A stretch of DNA of 64,000 bases from Laetmonice hystrix. Taxonomy: Eukaryota. How positions within the stretch are numbered: the stretch's first letter is position 1; each line of letters opens with the position of its first letter. The DNA lies in NCBI GenBank assembly GCA_965235115.1, contig OZ249440.1, positions 31,932,001 to 31,996,000 of the forward strand, in the 5' to 3' direction. The notes beneath the pieces were generated by a model. It saw nothing but the letters and a program-made list of their open reading frames with translations, was not told where the DNA came from and did not search any database. Shown here in pieces: positions 52,301 through 64,000 of the stretch. The position numbers were made by a program, and so were the translations under genes.

Positions 52301-55300
52301 TCCCAAAAAATCAAAAGAGAAAAAAATGAAACAAAAGTTTGTGGGTAATGGATGTCGCAGTACTTAGATATGTCTGCTGGGTGTTTATATCAAGGTTAAT
52401 TTGATTTCGCTGTACTGGAGCGTCACTCTGGGTGGTTGGAGGTGGTAGTATAGAAGAAAAGGGGAAAATACCCAAAAAATCACAAAAGAAAACAATGAAA
52501 AAAAGTTTGTGGGTGTTGACCCTTCAGATGAAATATCTGCACTGTGTCACGACGCCACCCCTGCACACATGTAATTCTTGTCTTGTTGTAACTGAATGAC
52601 TATAGTAAAAATCAACAATGATGAATTTGGTTGAGTGGTTAGAGGTAATGTCTTACGGCCAGACAGCCGTATCATGGGGATTAGGAAGAGGGGAAGGTGT
52701 TGGCTGAGTCGTTCGGGATAATGTCTAAAGGCCAGTCGGCCATATCATGGAAATTGTGAAGGGATGAAGGTGTTGGCTGAGTGTTTCGGGGTAATGTCTG
52801 AGGGCCAGTCAGCCATATCATGGGGATTGGGAAGAGGGAGGGTGTTGGCTGAGTGGTTCGGGGTAATGTCTAAGGGCCAGTCAGCCATATCATGGGGATT
52901 GGGAAGAGGGAGGCTGTTGGCTGAGTGGTTCGGGGTAATGTCTGAGGGACAGTCAGCCATATCATGGGGATTGAGAAGAGGGGGGTGTTGGCTGGGTGGT
53001 TCGGGGTAATGTCTGAGGACCAGTCAGCCATATCATGGGGGTTGGAAAGGGGGAGGGTGGTGGCTGAGTGGTTCCGGGTAATGTCTAAGGGCCAGTCAGC
53101 CATATCATGGGGATTGGGAAGAGGGAGGGTGTTGGCTGAGTGGTTCGAGGTAATGTCTAAGGGCCAGCCAGCCATATCTTGGGGATTGGGAAGAGGGAGG
53201 CTGTTGGCTGAGTGGTTCGGGGTAATGTCTGAGGGCCAGTCAGCCATATCATGAGGATTGGGAAGAGGGAGGGTGTTGGCTGGGTGGTAAGGGGTAATGT
53301 CTGAGGGCCAGTCAGCCATATTATGGGGATTGGGAAGAGGGAGGGTGTTGGCTGAGTGGTTCGGGGTAATGACTGAGGGCCAGTCAGCCATATCATGGGG
53401 ATTGGGAAGAGGGAGGGTGTTGCCTGAGTGGTTAGGGGTAACATCTGAGGGCCAGTCAACCATATCATTGGGATTGGAAAGAGGGGGGAAGGTGTTGGCT
53501 GAGTGGTTAGGGTTAACGTCACATGGCCAGTTAGCCATATTATAGGGGTTCGGAATTCGAGTCATCTTATCATCATTTATGATCATTGTCATTCCCCGTG
53601 GGGCCCGGGGAACAATAGGCCCCATTCGTTTCATCACCCTGTGGGAGTGAGTGTGGGGAAGGTTTTGGTTGTGTGGTTAGAGGTAATGTCTGAGAGCTAG
53701 ACAGCCACAGCATGTGGATTGGGAAGGGGATGAGATGTCGGCTAAGTGTTTGGAGGGAATGTCTGAAGACCAATCAGTCATGTCAGGGATTGGGAAGGGG
53801 GATATAGGATTGGTTGGAGGTAGTAGTATAGAAGAAAAACGAAAAATAGTCCCAAAAAATCAAAAGAAAAAAAAATGAAACAAAAGTTTGTGGGTAATGG
53901 ATGTCGCAGTACTTAGATATGTCTGCTGGGTGTTTATATCAAGGTTAATTTGATTTCGCTGTACTGGAGCGTCACTCTGGGTGGTTGGAGGTGGTAGTAT
54001 AGAAGAAAAGGGGAAAATACCCAAAAAATCACAAAAGAAAACAATGAAAAAAAGTTTGTGGGTGTTGACCCTTCAGATGAAATATCTGCACTGTGTCACG
54101 ACGCCACCCCTGCACACATGTAATTCTTGTCTTGTTGTAACTGAATGACTATAGTAAAAATCAACAATGATGAATTTGGTTGAGTGGTTAGAGGTAATGT
54201 CTTAGGGCCAGACAGCCGTGTCATGGGGATTACGAAGAGGGGAAGGTGTTGGCTGAGTCGTTCGGGATAATGTCTTAAGGTCAGTCGGCCATATCATGGA
54301 GATTGTGAAGGGATAAAGTTGTTGGCTGAGTGGTTCGGGGTAATGTCTGAGGGCCAGTCAGCCATATCATGAGGATTGGGAAGGGGGAGGGTGTTGGCTG
54401 AGTGGTTCGGGGTAATGTCTCAGGGACAGTCAGCCATATCATGAGGATTGGAAAGAGGGAGGGTGTTGGCCGAGTGGTTCGGCGTAATGTCTGAGGGCCA
54501 GTCAGCCATATTATGGGGATTGGGAAGAGGGAGGGTGTTGGCTGAGTGGTTCGGGGTAATGTCTGAGGGACAGTCAGCCATATCATGGGGATTGGAAAGA
54601 GGGAGGGTGTTGGCTGAGTGGTTCGGGGTAATGTCTCAGGGACAGTCAGCCATATCATGGGGATTGGAAAGAGGGAGGGTGTTGGCTGGGTGTTTAGGGG
54701 TAAGGTCTGAGGGCCAGTCAGCCATATTATGGGGATTGGGAAGGGGGAGGGTGTTGGCTGAGTGGTTTGGGGTAATGTCTGATGACCAATCAGCCATATC
54801 ATGGAGATTGGGAAGAGGGAGGATGTTGGCTGAGTGGTTCGGGGTAATGTCTGAGGGCCAGTCAGCCATATCATGGGGATTGGGAAGAGGGAGGGTGTTG
54901 GCTGAGTGGTTCGGGGTAAAGTCTGAGGGCCAGTCAGCCATATTATGGGGATTGGGAAGAGGGAGGGTGTTGGCTGAGTGGTTCGGGGTAATAGCTGAGG
55001 GACAGTCAGCCATATTATGGGGATTGGGAAGAGGGAGGGTGTTGGCTGGGTGGTTCGGGGTAATGTCTGAGGGCCAGTCAGCCATATCATGGGGATTGGG
55101 AAGGGGAAGGGTGTTGGCTGAGTGGTTCGGGGTAATGTCTGAGGGCCAATCAGCCATATCATGGGGATTGGGAAGGGGGAGGGTGTTGGCTGAGTGGTTC
55201 GGGATAATGTCTGAGGGCCAGTCAGCCATATCATGAGGATTGGGAAGAGGGAGGGTGTTGGCTGAGTGGTTCGGGGTAATGTCTGAGGGCCCGTCAGCCA

Positions 55301-58300
55301 TATCATGGGGATTGGGAAGAGGGAGGGTGTTGGCTGAGTGGTTCGGGGTAATGTCTAAGGGCCAGTCAGCCATATCATGGGGATTGCGTAGAGGGAGGGT
55401 GTTGGCTGAGTGGTTGGGAGTAATGTCTGAGGGTCAGTCAGCCATATCATGGGGATTGGGAAGAGGGAGGGTGTTGTCTGAGTGGTTAGGGATAACATCT
55501 GAGGGCCACTCAACCATATCATTGGGATTGGAAAGAGGGGGGAAGGTGTTGGCTGAGTGGTTAGGCTTAACGTCACATGGCCAGTTAGCCATATTATAGG
55601 GGTTTGGAATTCGAGTCATCTTATCATCATTTATGATCATTGTCATTCCCCGTGGGGCCCGGGGAACAATAGGCCCCATTCGTTTCATCACCCTGTGGGA
55701 GTGAGTGTGGGGAAGGTGTTAGTTGTGTGGTTAGAGGTAATGTCTGAGGGCCAGACAGCCACAGCATGTGGATTGGGAAGGGGATGAGATGTCGGCTAAG
55801 TGTTTGGAGGGAATGTCTGAAGACCAATTAGTCATGTCAGGGATTGGGAAGGGCGTATAGGATTGGTTGGAGGTGGTAGTATAGAAAAAAAAAACGAAAA
55901 ATAGCCCAAAAAAATTAAAAGAGAAAAAAATGAAACAAAAGTTTGTGGGTAATGGATGTCGCAGTACTGAGATATGTCTGCTGGGTGTTTATATCAAGGT
56001 TAATTTGACTTCGCTGTACTGGAGCGTCACTCTGGGTGGTTGGAGGTGGTAGTATAGAAGAAAAGGGGAAACATACCCAAAATATCACAAAAGAAAACAA
56101 TGAAAAAAAGTTTGTTGGTGTTGACCCTTCAGATGAAATATCTGCACTGTGTTACGACGCCACCCCTGCACACATGTAATTCTTGTCTTGTTGTAACTGA
56201 ATGACTGTAGTAAAAATCAACAATGATGAATTTGGTTGAGTGGTTAGAGGTAATGTCTTAGGGCCAGTCGGCCATATCATGGAGATTGTGAAGGGATGAA
56301 GGTGTTGGCTGAGTCGTTCGGGATAATGTCTAAAGGCCAGTCGGCCATATCATGGAGATTGTGAAGGGATGAAGGTGTTGGCTGAGTGTTTCGGGGTAAT
56401 GTCTGAGGGCCAGTCAGCCATATCATGGGGATTGGGAAGAGGGAGGGTGTTGGCTGAGTGGTTCGGGGTAATGTCCAAGGGCCAGTCAGCCATATCATGG
56501 GGATTGGGAAGAGGGAGGCTGTTGGCTGAGTGGTTTGGGGTAATGTCTGAGGGACAGTCAGCCATATCATGGGGATTGAGAAGAGGGGGGTGGTGGCTGC
56601 GTGGTTCGGGGTAATGTCTGAGGGCCAGTCAGCCATATCATGGGGATTGCGTAGAGGGAGGGTGTTGGCTGAGTGGTTCGGGGTAATGTCTGAGGGCCAG
56701 TCAGCCATATCATGGGGATTGGGAAGAGGGAGGGTGTTGGCTGAGTGGTTAGGGGTAACATCTGAGGGCCAGTCAACCATATCATTGGGATTGGAAAGAG
56801 GGGGGAATGTGTTGGCTGAGTGGTTCGGGTTAATGTCACATGGCCAGTTAGCCATATTATAGGGGTTCGGAATTCGAGTCATCTTATCATCATTTATGAT
56901 CATTGTCATTCCCCGTGGGGCCCGGGGAACAATAGGCCCCATTCGTTACATCACCCTGTGGGAGTGAGTGTGGGGAAGGTTTTGGTTGTGTGGTTAGAGG
57001 TAATGTCTGAGAGCCAGACAGCCACAGCATGTGGATTGGGAAGGGGATGAGATGTCGGCTAAGTGTTTGGAGGGAATGTCTGAAGACCAATCAGTCATGT
57101 CAGGGATTGGGAAGGGGGATATAGGATTGGTTGGAGGTAGTATTATAGAGGAAAAACGAAAAATAGTCCCAAAAAATCAAAAGAGAAAAAAATGAAACAA
57201 AAGTTTGTGGGTAATGGATGTCGCAGTACTTAGATATGTCTGCTGGGTGTTTATATCAAGGTTAATTTGATTTCGCTGTACTGGAGCGTCACTCTGGGTG
57301 GTTGGAGGTGGTAGTATAGAAGAAAAGGGGAAAATACCCAAAAAATCACAAAAGAAAACAATGAAAAAAAGTTTGTGGGTGTTGACCCTTCAGATGAAAT
57401 ATCTGCACTGTGTCACGACGCCACCCCTGCACACATGTAATTCTTGTCTTGTTGTAACTGAATGACTATAGTAAAAATCAACAATGATGAATTTGGTTGA
57501 GTGGTTAGAGGTAATGTCTTAGGGCCAGACAGCCGTGTCATGGGGATTACGAAGAGGGGAAGGTGTTGGCTGAGTCGTTCGGGATAATGTCTTAAGGTCA
57601 GTCGGCCATATCATGGAGATTGTGAAGGGATAAAGTTGTTGGCTGAGTGGTTCGGGGTAATGTCTGAGGGCCAGTCAGCCATATCATGAGGATTGGGAAG
57701 GGGGAGGGTGTTGGCTGAGTGGTTCGGGGTAATGTCTAAGGGCCAGTCAGCCATATCATGGGGATTGGGAATAGGGAGGGTGTTGGCTGAGTGGTTCGGG
57801 GTAATGTCTAAGGGCCAGTCAGCCATATCATGGGAATTGGGAAGAGGGGGGTGTTGGCTGAGTGGTTCGGGGTAATGTCTCAGGGACAGTCAGCCATATC
57901 ATGAGGATTGGAAAGAGGGAGGGTGTTGGCCGAGTGGTTCGGGGTAATGTCTGAGGGCCAGTCAGCCATATCATGGGGATTGGGAAGGGGGAGGGTGTTG
58001 GCTGAGTGGTTCGGGATAATGTCTGAGGGCCAGTCAGCCATATCATGAGGATTGGGAAGAGGGAGGGTGTTGGCTGAGTGGTTCGGGGTAATGTCTGAGG
58101 GACAGTCAACCATATCATTGGGATTGGAAAGAGGGGGGAAGGTGTTGGCTGAGTGGTTAGGGTTAACGTCACATGGCCAGTTAGCCATATTATAGGGGTT
58201 CGGAATTCGAGTCATCTTATCATCATTTATGATCATTGTCATTCCCCGTGGGGCCCGGGGAACAATAGGCCCCATTCGTTTCATCACCCTGTGGGAGTGA

Positions 58301-61300
58301 GTGTGGGGAAGGTTTTGGTTGTGTGGTTAGAGGTAATGTCTGAGAGCCAGACAGCCACAGCATGTGGATTGGGAAGGGGATGAGATGTCGGCTAAGTGTT
58401 TGGAGGGAATGTCTGAAGACCAATCAGTCATGTCAGGGATTGGGAAGGGGGATATAGGATTGGTTGGAGGTAGTAGTATAGAAGAAAAACGAAAAATAGT
58501 CCCAAAAAATCAAAAGAAAAAAAAATGAAACAAAAGTTTGTGGGTAATGGATGTCGCAGTACTTAGATATGTCTGCTGGGTGTTTATATCAAGGTTAATT
58601 TGATTTCGCTGTACTGGAGCGTCACTCTGGGTGGTTGGAGGTGGTAGTATAGAAGAAAAGGGGAAAATACCCAAAAAATCACAAAAGAAAACAATGAAAA
58701 AAAGTTTGTGGGTGTTGACCCTTCAGATGAAATATCTGCACTGTGTCACGACGCCACCCCTGCACACATGTAATTCTTGTCTTGTTGTAACTGAATGACT
58801 ATAGTAAAAATCAACAATGATGAATTTGGTTGAGTGGTTAGAGGTAATGTCTTAGGGCCAGACAGCCGTGTCATGGGGATTACGAAGAGGGGAAGGTGTT
58901 GGCTGAGTCGTTCGGGATAATGTCTTAAGGTCAGTCGGCCATATCATGGAGATTGTGAAGGGATAAAGTTGTTGGCTGAGTGGTTCGGGGTAATGTCTGA
59001 GGGCCAGTCAGCCATATCATGGGGATTGGGAAGGGGGAGGGTGTTGGCTGAGTGGTTCGGGGTAATGTCTCAGGGACAGTCAGCCATATCATGAGGATTG
59101 GAAAGAGGGAGGGTGTTGGCCGAGTGGTTCGGCGTAATGTCTGAGGGCCAGTCAGCCATATTATGGGGATTGGGAAGAGGGAGGGTGTTGGCTGAGTGGT
59201 TCGGGGTAATGTCTGAGGGACAGTCAGCCATATCATGGGGATTGGAAAGAGGGAGGGTGTTGGCTGAGTGGTTCGGGGTAATGTCTCAGGGACAGTCAGC
59301 CATATCATGGGGATTGGAAAGAGGGAGGGTGTTGGCTGGGTGTTTAGGGGTAAGGTCTGAGGGCCAGTCAGCCATATTATGGGGATTGGGAAGGGGGAGG
59401 GTGTTGGCTGAGTGGTTTGGGGTAATGTCTGATGACCAATCAGCCATATCATGGAGATTGGGAAGAGGGAGGATGTTGGCTGAGTGGTTCGGGGTAATGT
59501 CTGAGGGCCAGTCAGCCATATCATGGGGATTGGGAAGAGGGAGGGTGTTGGCTGAGTGGTTCGGGGTAAAGTCTGAGGGCCAGTCAGCCATATCATGGGG
59601 ATTGGGAAGAGGGAGGGTGTTGGCTGAGTGGTTCGGGGTAATAGCTGAGGGACAGTCAGCCATATTATGGGGATTGGGAAGAGGGAGGTTGTTGGCTGGG
59701 TGGTTCGGGGTAATGTCTGAGGGCCAGTCAGCCATATCATGGGGATTGGGAAGGGGAAGGGTGTTGGCTGAGTGGTTCGGGGTAATGTCTGAGGGCCAAT
59801 CAGCCATATCATGGGGATTGGGAAGGGGGAGGGTGTTGGCTGAGTGGTTCGGGATAATGTCTGAGGGCCAGTCAGCCATATCATGAGGATTGGGAAGAGG
59901 GAGGGTGTTGGCTGAGTGGTTCGGGGTAATGTCTGAGGGCCCGTCAGCCATATCATGGGGATTGGGAAGAGGGAGGGTGTTGGCTGAGTGGTTCGGGGTA
60001 ATGTCTAAGGGCCAGTCAGCCATATCATGGGGATTGCGTAGAGGGAGGGTGTTGGCTGAGTGGTTGGGAGTAATGTCTGAGGGTCAGTCAGCCATATCAT
60101 GGGGATTGGGAAGAGGGAGGGTGTTGTCTGAGTGGTTAGGGATAACATCTGAGGGCCACTCAACCATATCATTGGGATTGGAAAGAGGGGGGAAGGTGTT
60201 GGCTGAGTGGTTAGGCTTAACGTCACATGGCCAGTTAGCCATATTATAGGGGTTTGGAATTCGAGTCATCTTATCATCATTTATGATCATTGTCATTCCC
60301 CGTGGGGCCCGGGGAACAATAGGCCCCATTCGTTTCATCACCCTGTGGGAGTGAGTGTGGGGAAGGTGTTAGTTGTCTGGTTAGAGGTAATGTCTGAGGG
60401 CCAGACAGCCACAGCATGTGGATTGGGAAGGGGATGAGATGTCGGCTAAGTGTTTGGAGGGAATGTCTGAAGACCAATTAGTCATGTCAGGGATTGGGAA
60501 GGGCGTATAGGATTGGTTGGAGGTGGTAGTATAGAAAAAAAAAACGAAAAATAGCCCAAAAAAATTAAAAGAGAAAAAAATGAAACAAAAGTTTGTGGGT
60601 AATGGATGTCGCAGTACTGAGATATGTCTGCTGGGTGTTTATATCAAGGTTAATTTGACTTCGCTGTACTGGAGCGTCACTCTGGGTGGTTGGAGGTGGT
60701 AGTATAGAAGAAAAGGGGAAACATACCCAAAATATCACAAAAGAAAACAATGAAAAAAAGTTTGTTGGTGTTGACCCTTCAGATGAAATATCTGCACTGT
60801 GTTACGACGCCACCCCTGCACACATGTAATTCTTGTCTTGTTGTAACTGAATGACTGTAGTAAAAATCAACAATGATGAATTTGGTTGAGTGGTTAGAGG
60901 TAATGTCTTAGGGCCAGTCGGCCATATCATGGAGATTGTGAAGGGATGAAGGTGTTGGCTGAGTCGTTCGGGATAATGTCTAAAGGCCAGTCGGCCATAT
61001 CATGGAGATTGTGAAGGGATGAAGGTGTTGGCTGAGTGTTTCGGGGTAATGTCTGAGGGCCAGTCAGCCATATCATGGGGATTGGGAAGAGGGAGGGTGT
61101 TGGCTGAGTGGTTCGGGGTAATGTCTAAGGGCCAGTCAGCCATATCATGGGGATTGGGAAGAGGGAGGCTGTTGGCTGAGTGGTTTGGGGTAATGTCTGA
61201 GGGACAGTCAGCCATATCATGGGGATTGAGAAGAGGGGGGTGGTGGCTGCGTGGTTCGGGGTAATGTCTGAGGGCCAGTCAGCCATATCATGGGGATTGC

Positions 61301-62135
61301 GTAGAGGGAGGGTGTTGGCTGAGTGGTTCGGGGTAATGTCTGAGGGCCAGTCAGCCATATCATGGGGATTGGGAAGAGGGAGTGTGTTGGCTGAGTGGTT
61401 AGGGGTAACATCTGAGGGCCAGTCAACCATATCATTGGGATTGGAAAGAGGGGGGAATGTGTTGGCTGAGTGGTTCGGGTTAATGTCACATGGCCAGTTA
61501 GCCATATTATAGGGGTTCGGAATTCGAGTCATCTTATCATCATTTATGATCATTGTCATTCCCCGTGGGGCCCGGGGAACAATAGGCCCCATTCGTTACA
61601 TCACCCTGTGGGAGTGAGTGTGGGGAAGGTTTTGGTTGTGTGGTTAGAGGTAATGTCTGAGAGCCAGACAGCCACAGCATGTGGATTGGGAAGGGGATGA
61701 GATGTCGGCTAAGTGTTTGGAGGGAATGTCTGAAGACCAATCAGTCATGTCAGGGATTGGGAAGGGGGATATAGGATTGGTTGGAGGTAGTATTATAGAG
61801 GAAAAACGAAAAATAGTCCCAAAAAATCAAAAGAGAAAAAAATGAAACAAAAGTTTGTGGGTAATGGATGTCGCAGTACTTAGATATGTCTGCTGGGTGT
61901 TTATATCAAGGTTAATTTGATTTCGCTGTACTGGAGCGTCACTCTGGGTGGTTGGAGGTGGTAGTATAGAAGAAAAGGGGAAAAATACCCAAAAAATCAC
62001 AAAAGAAAACAATGAAAAAAAGTTTGTGGGTGTTGACCCTTCAGATGAAATATCTGCACTGTGTCACGACGCCACCCCTGCACACATGTAATTCTTGTCT
62101 TGTTGTAACTGAATGACTATAGTAAAAATCAACAA
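49302..62135. repeat. D-E(-x) higher-order repeat, three D-E copies
   Basis: 2056 + 1261-bp pairs start at 49302, 54168 and 58818, separated by 1549-bp and 1333-bp units. The same D-E pair also lies at 27538-30854. Confidence 0.9.
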
Positions 62136-64000
62136 TGATGAATTTGGTTGAGTGGTTAGAGGTAATGTCTTAGGGCCAGACAGCCGTGTCATGGGGATTA
62201 GGAAGAGGGGAAGGTGTTGGCTGAGTCGTTCGGGATAATGTCTTAAGGTCAGTCGGCCATATCATGGAGATTGTGAAGGGATAAAGTTGTTGGCTGAGTG
62301 GTTCGGGTAATGTCTGAGGGCCAGTCAGCCATATCATGAGGATTGGGAAGGGGGAGGGTGTTGGCTGAGTGGTTCGGGGTAATGTCTAAGGGCCAGTCAG
62401 CCATATCATGGGGATTGGGAATAGGGAGGGTGTTGGCTGAGTGGTTCGGGGTAATGTCTAAGGGCCAGTCAGCCATATCATGGGAATTGGGAAGAGGGAG
62501 GGTGTTGGCTGAGTGGTTCGGGGTAATGTCTCAGGGACAGTCAGCCATATCATGGGGATTGGGAAGAGGGAGGGTGTTGGCTGGGTGTTTCGGGGTAATG
62601 TCTGAGGGCCAGTCAGCCATATTATGGGGATTGGGAAGGGGGAGGGTGTTGGCTGAGTGGTTTGGGGTAATGTCTGATGGCCAATCAGCCATATCATGGG
62701 GATTGGGAAGAGGGAGGATGTTGGCTGAGTGGTTCGGGGTAATGTCTGAGGGCCAGTCAGCCATATCATGGGGATTGGGAAGAGGGAGGGTGTTGGCTGA
62801 GTGGTTCGGGGTAAAGTCTGAGGGCCAGTCAGCCATATCATGGGTATTGGGAAGAGGGAGGGTGTTGGCTGACTGGTTCGGGGTAATGTCTGAGGGACAG
62901 TCAGCCATATCATGGGGATTGGGAAGAGGGAGGGTGTTGGCTGAGTGGTTCGGGGTAATGGCTGAGGGACAGTCAGCCATATCATGGGGATTGGGAAGAG
63001 GGAGGGTGTTGGCTGGGTGGTTCGGGGTAATGTCTGAGGGCCAGTCAGCCATATCATGGGGATTGGGAAGGGGAAGGGTGTTGGCTAAGTGGTTCGGGGT
63101 AATGTCTGAGGGCCAATCAGCCATATCATGGGGATTGGGAAGGGGGAGGGTGTTGGCTGAGTGGTTCGGGGTAATGTCTGAGGGCCAGTCAGCCATATCA
63201 TGGGGATTGGGAAGAGGGAGGGTGTTGGCTGAGTGGTTCGGGGTAATGTCTGAGGGCCCGTCAGCCATATCATGGGGATTGGGAAGAGGGAGGGTGTTGG
63301 CTGAGTGGTTCGGGGTAATGTCTAAGGGCCAGTCAGCCATATCATGGGGATTGGGAAGAGGGAGGGTGTTGGCTGAGTGGTTAGGGGTAACATCTGAGGG
63401 CCAGTCAACCATATCATTGGGATTGGAAAGAGGGGGGAAGGTGTTGGCTGAGTGGTTAGGGTTAACGTCACATGGCCAGTTAGCCATATTATAGGGGTTC
63501 GGAATTCGAGTAATCTTATCATCATTTATGATCATTGTCATTCCCCGTGGGGCCCGGGGAACAATAGGCCCCATTCGTTTCATCACCCTGTGGGAGTGAG
63601 TGTGGGGAAGGTTTTGGTTGTGTGGTTAGAGGTAATGTCTGAGAGCCAGACAGCCACAGCATGTGGATTGGGAAGGGGATGAGATGTCGGCTAAGTGTTT
63701 GGAGGGAATGTCTGAAGACCAATCAGTCATGTCAGGGATTGGGAAGGGGGATATAGGATTGGTTGGAGGTAGTAGTATAGAAGAAAAACAAAAAAATAGT
63801 CCCAAAAAATCAAAAGAAAAAAAAATGAAACAAAAGTTTGTGGGTAATGGATGTCGCAGTACTTAGATATGTCTGCTGGGTGTTTATATCAAGGTTAATT
63901 TGATTTCGCTGTACTGGAGCGTCACTCTGGGTGGTTGGAGGTGGTAGTATAGAAGAAAAGAGGAAAATACCCAAAAAATCACAAAAGAAAACAATGAAAA

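Larger units (their letters stand above)
1..64000. repeat. Nested macrosatellite: 37 head-to-tail units, each a 72-bp monomer array plus a conserved ~620-bp spacer
   Basis: The junction motif TGATGAATTTG starts units at 1, 1694, 3318, 5012, 6780, 8475, 10243, 11936, 13704, 15398, 16803, 18571, 20265, 21668, 23792, 25483, 27538, 29594, 30855, 33340, 35825, 38094, 39574, 40979, 42528, 44869, 46418, 47895, 49302, 51358, 52619, 54168, 56224, 57485, 58818, 60874 and 62136. The marker ORF MVRxNVTWPVSH recurs 37 times. All copies have the same orientation. Confidence 0.98.

Overview
The whole 64-kb window is one uninterrupted, head-to-tail, nested tandem repeat, most likely a eukaryotic macrosatellite. 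I see no credible protein gene, RNA gene or CRISPR array. Level 1 is a G-rich 72-bp monomer (consensus GGGGATTGGGAAGAGGGAGGGTGTTGGCTGAGTGGTTCGGGGTAATGTCTGAGGGCCAGTCAGCCATATCAT), built from a four-G-tract G-quadruplex motif plus an 11-bp inverted repeat. Level 2 is 37 macro-units (36 complete, last truncated; 1261-2485 bp). Each has about 9-26 monomers followed by a conserved ~620-bp spacer. The spacer holds a ~97-bp foreign insert with interlocked GC-rich inverted repeats and a possible LINE-like tail, two degenerate monomers, and a duplicated A-rich block with a 171-bp offset. Level 3 is local higher-order duplication of macro-units (dimers, trimers, exact doublets). All listed ORFs are best explained by the 72-bp (24-codon) period. 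Structural and origin interpretations are hypotheses; no folding or database search was run.
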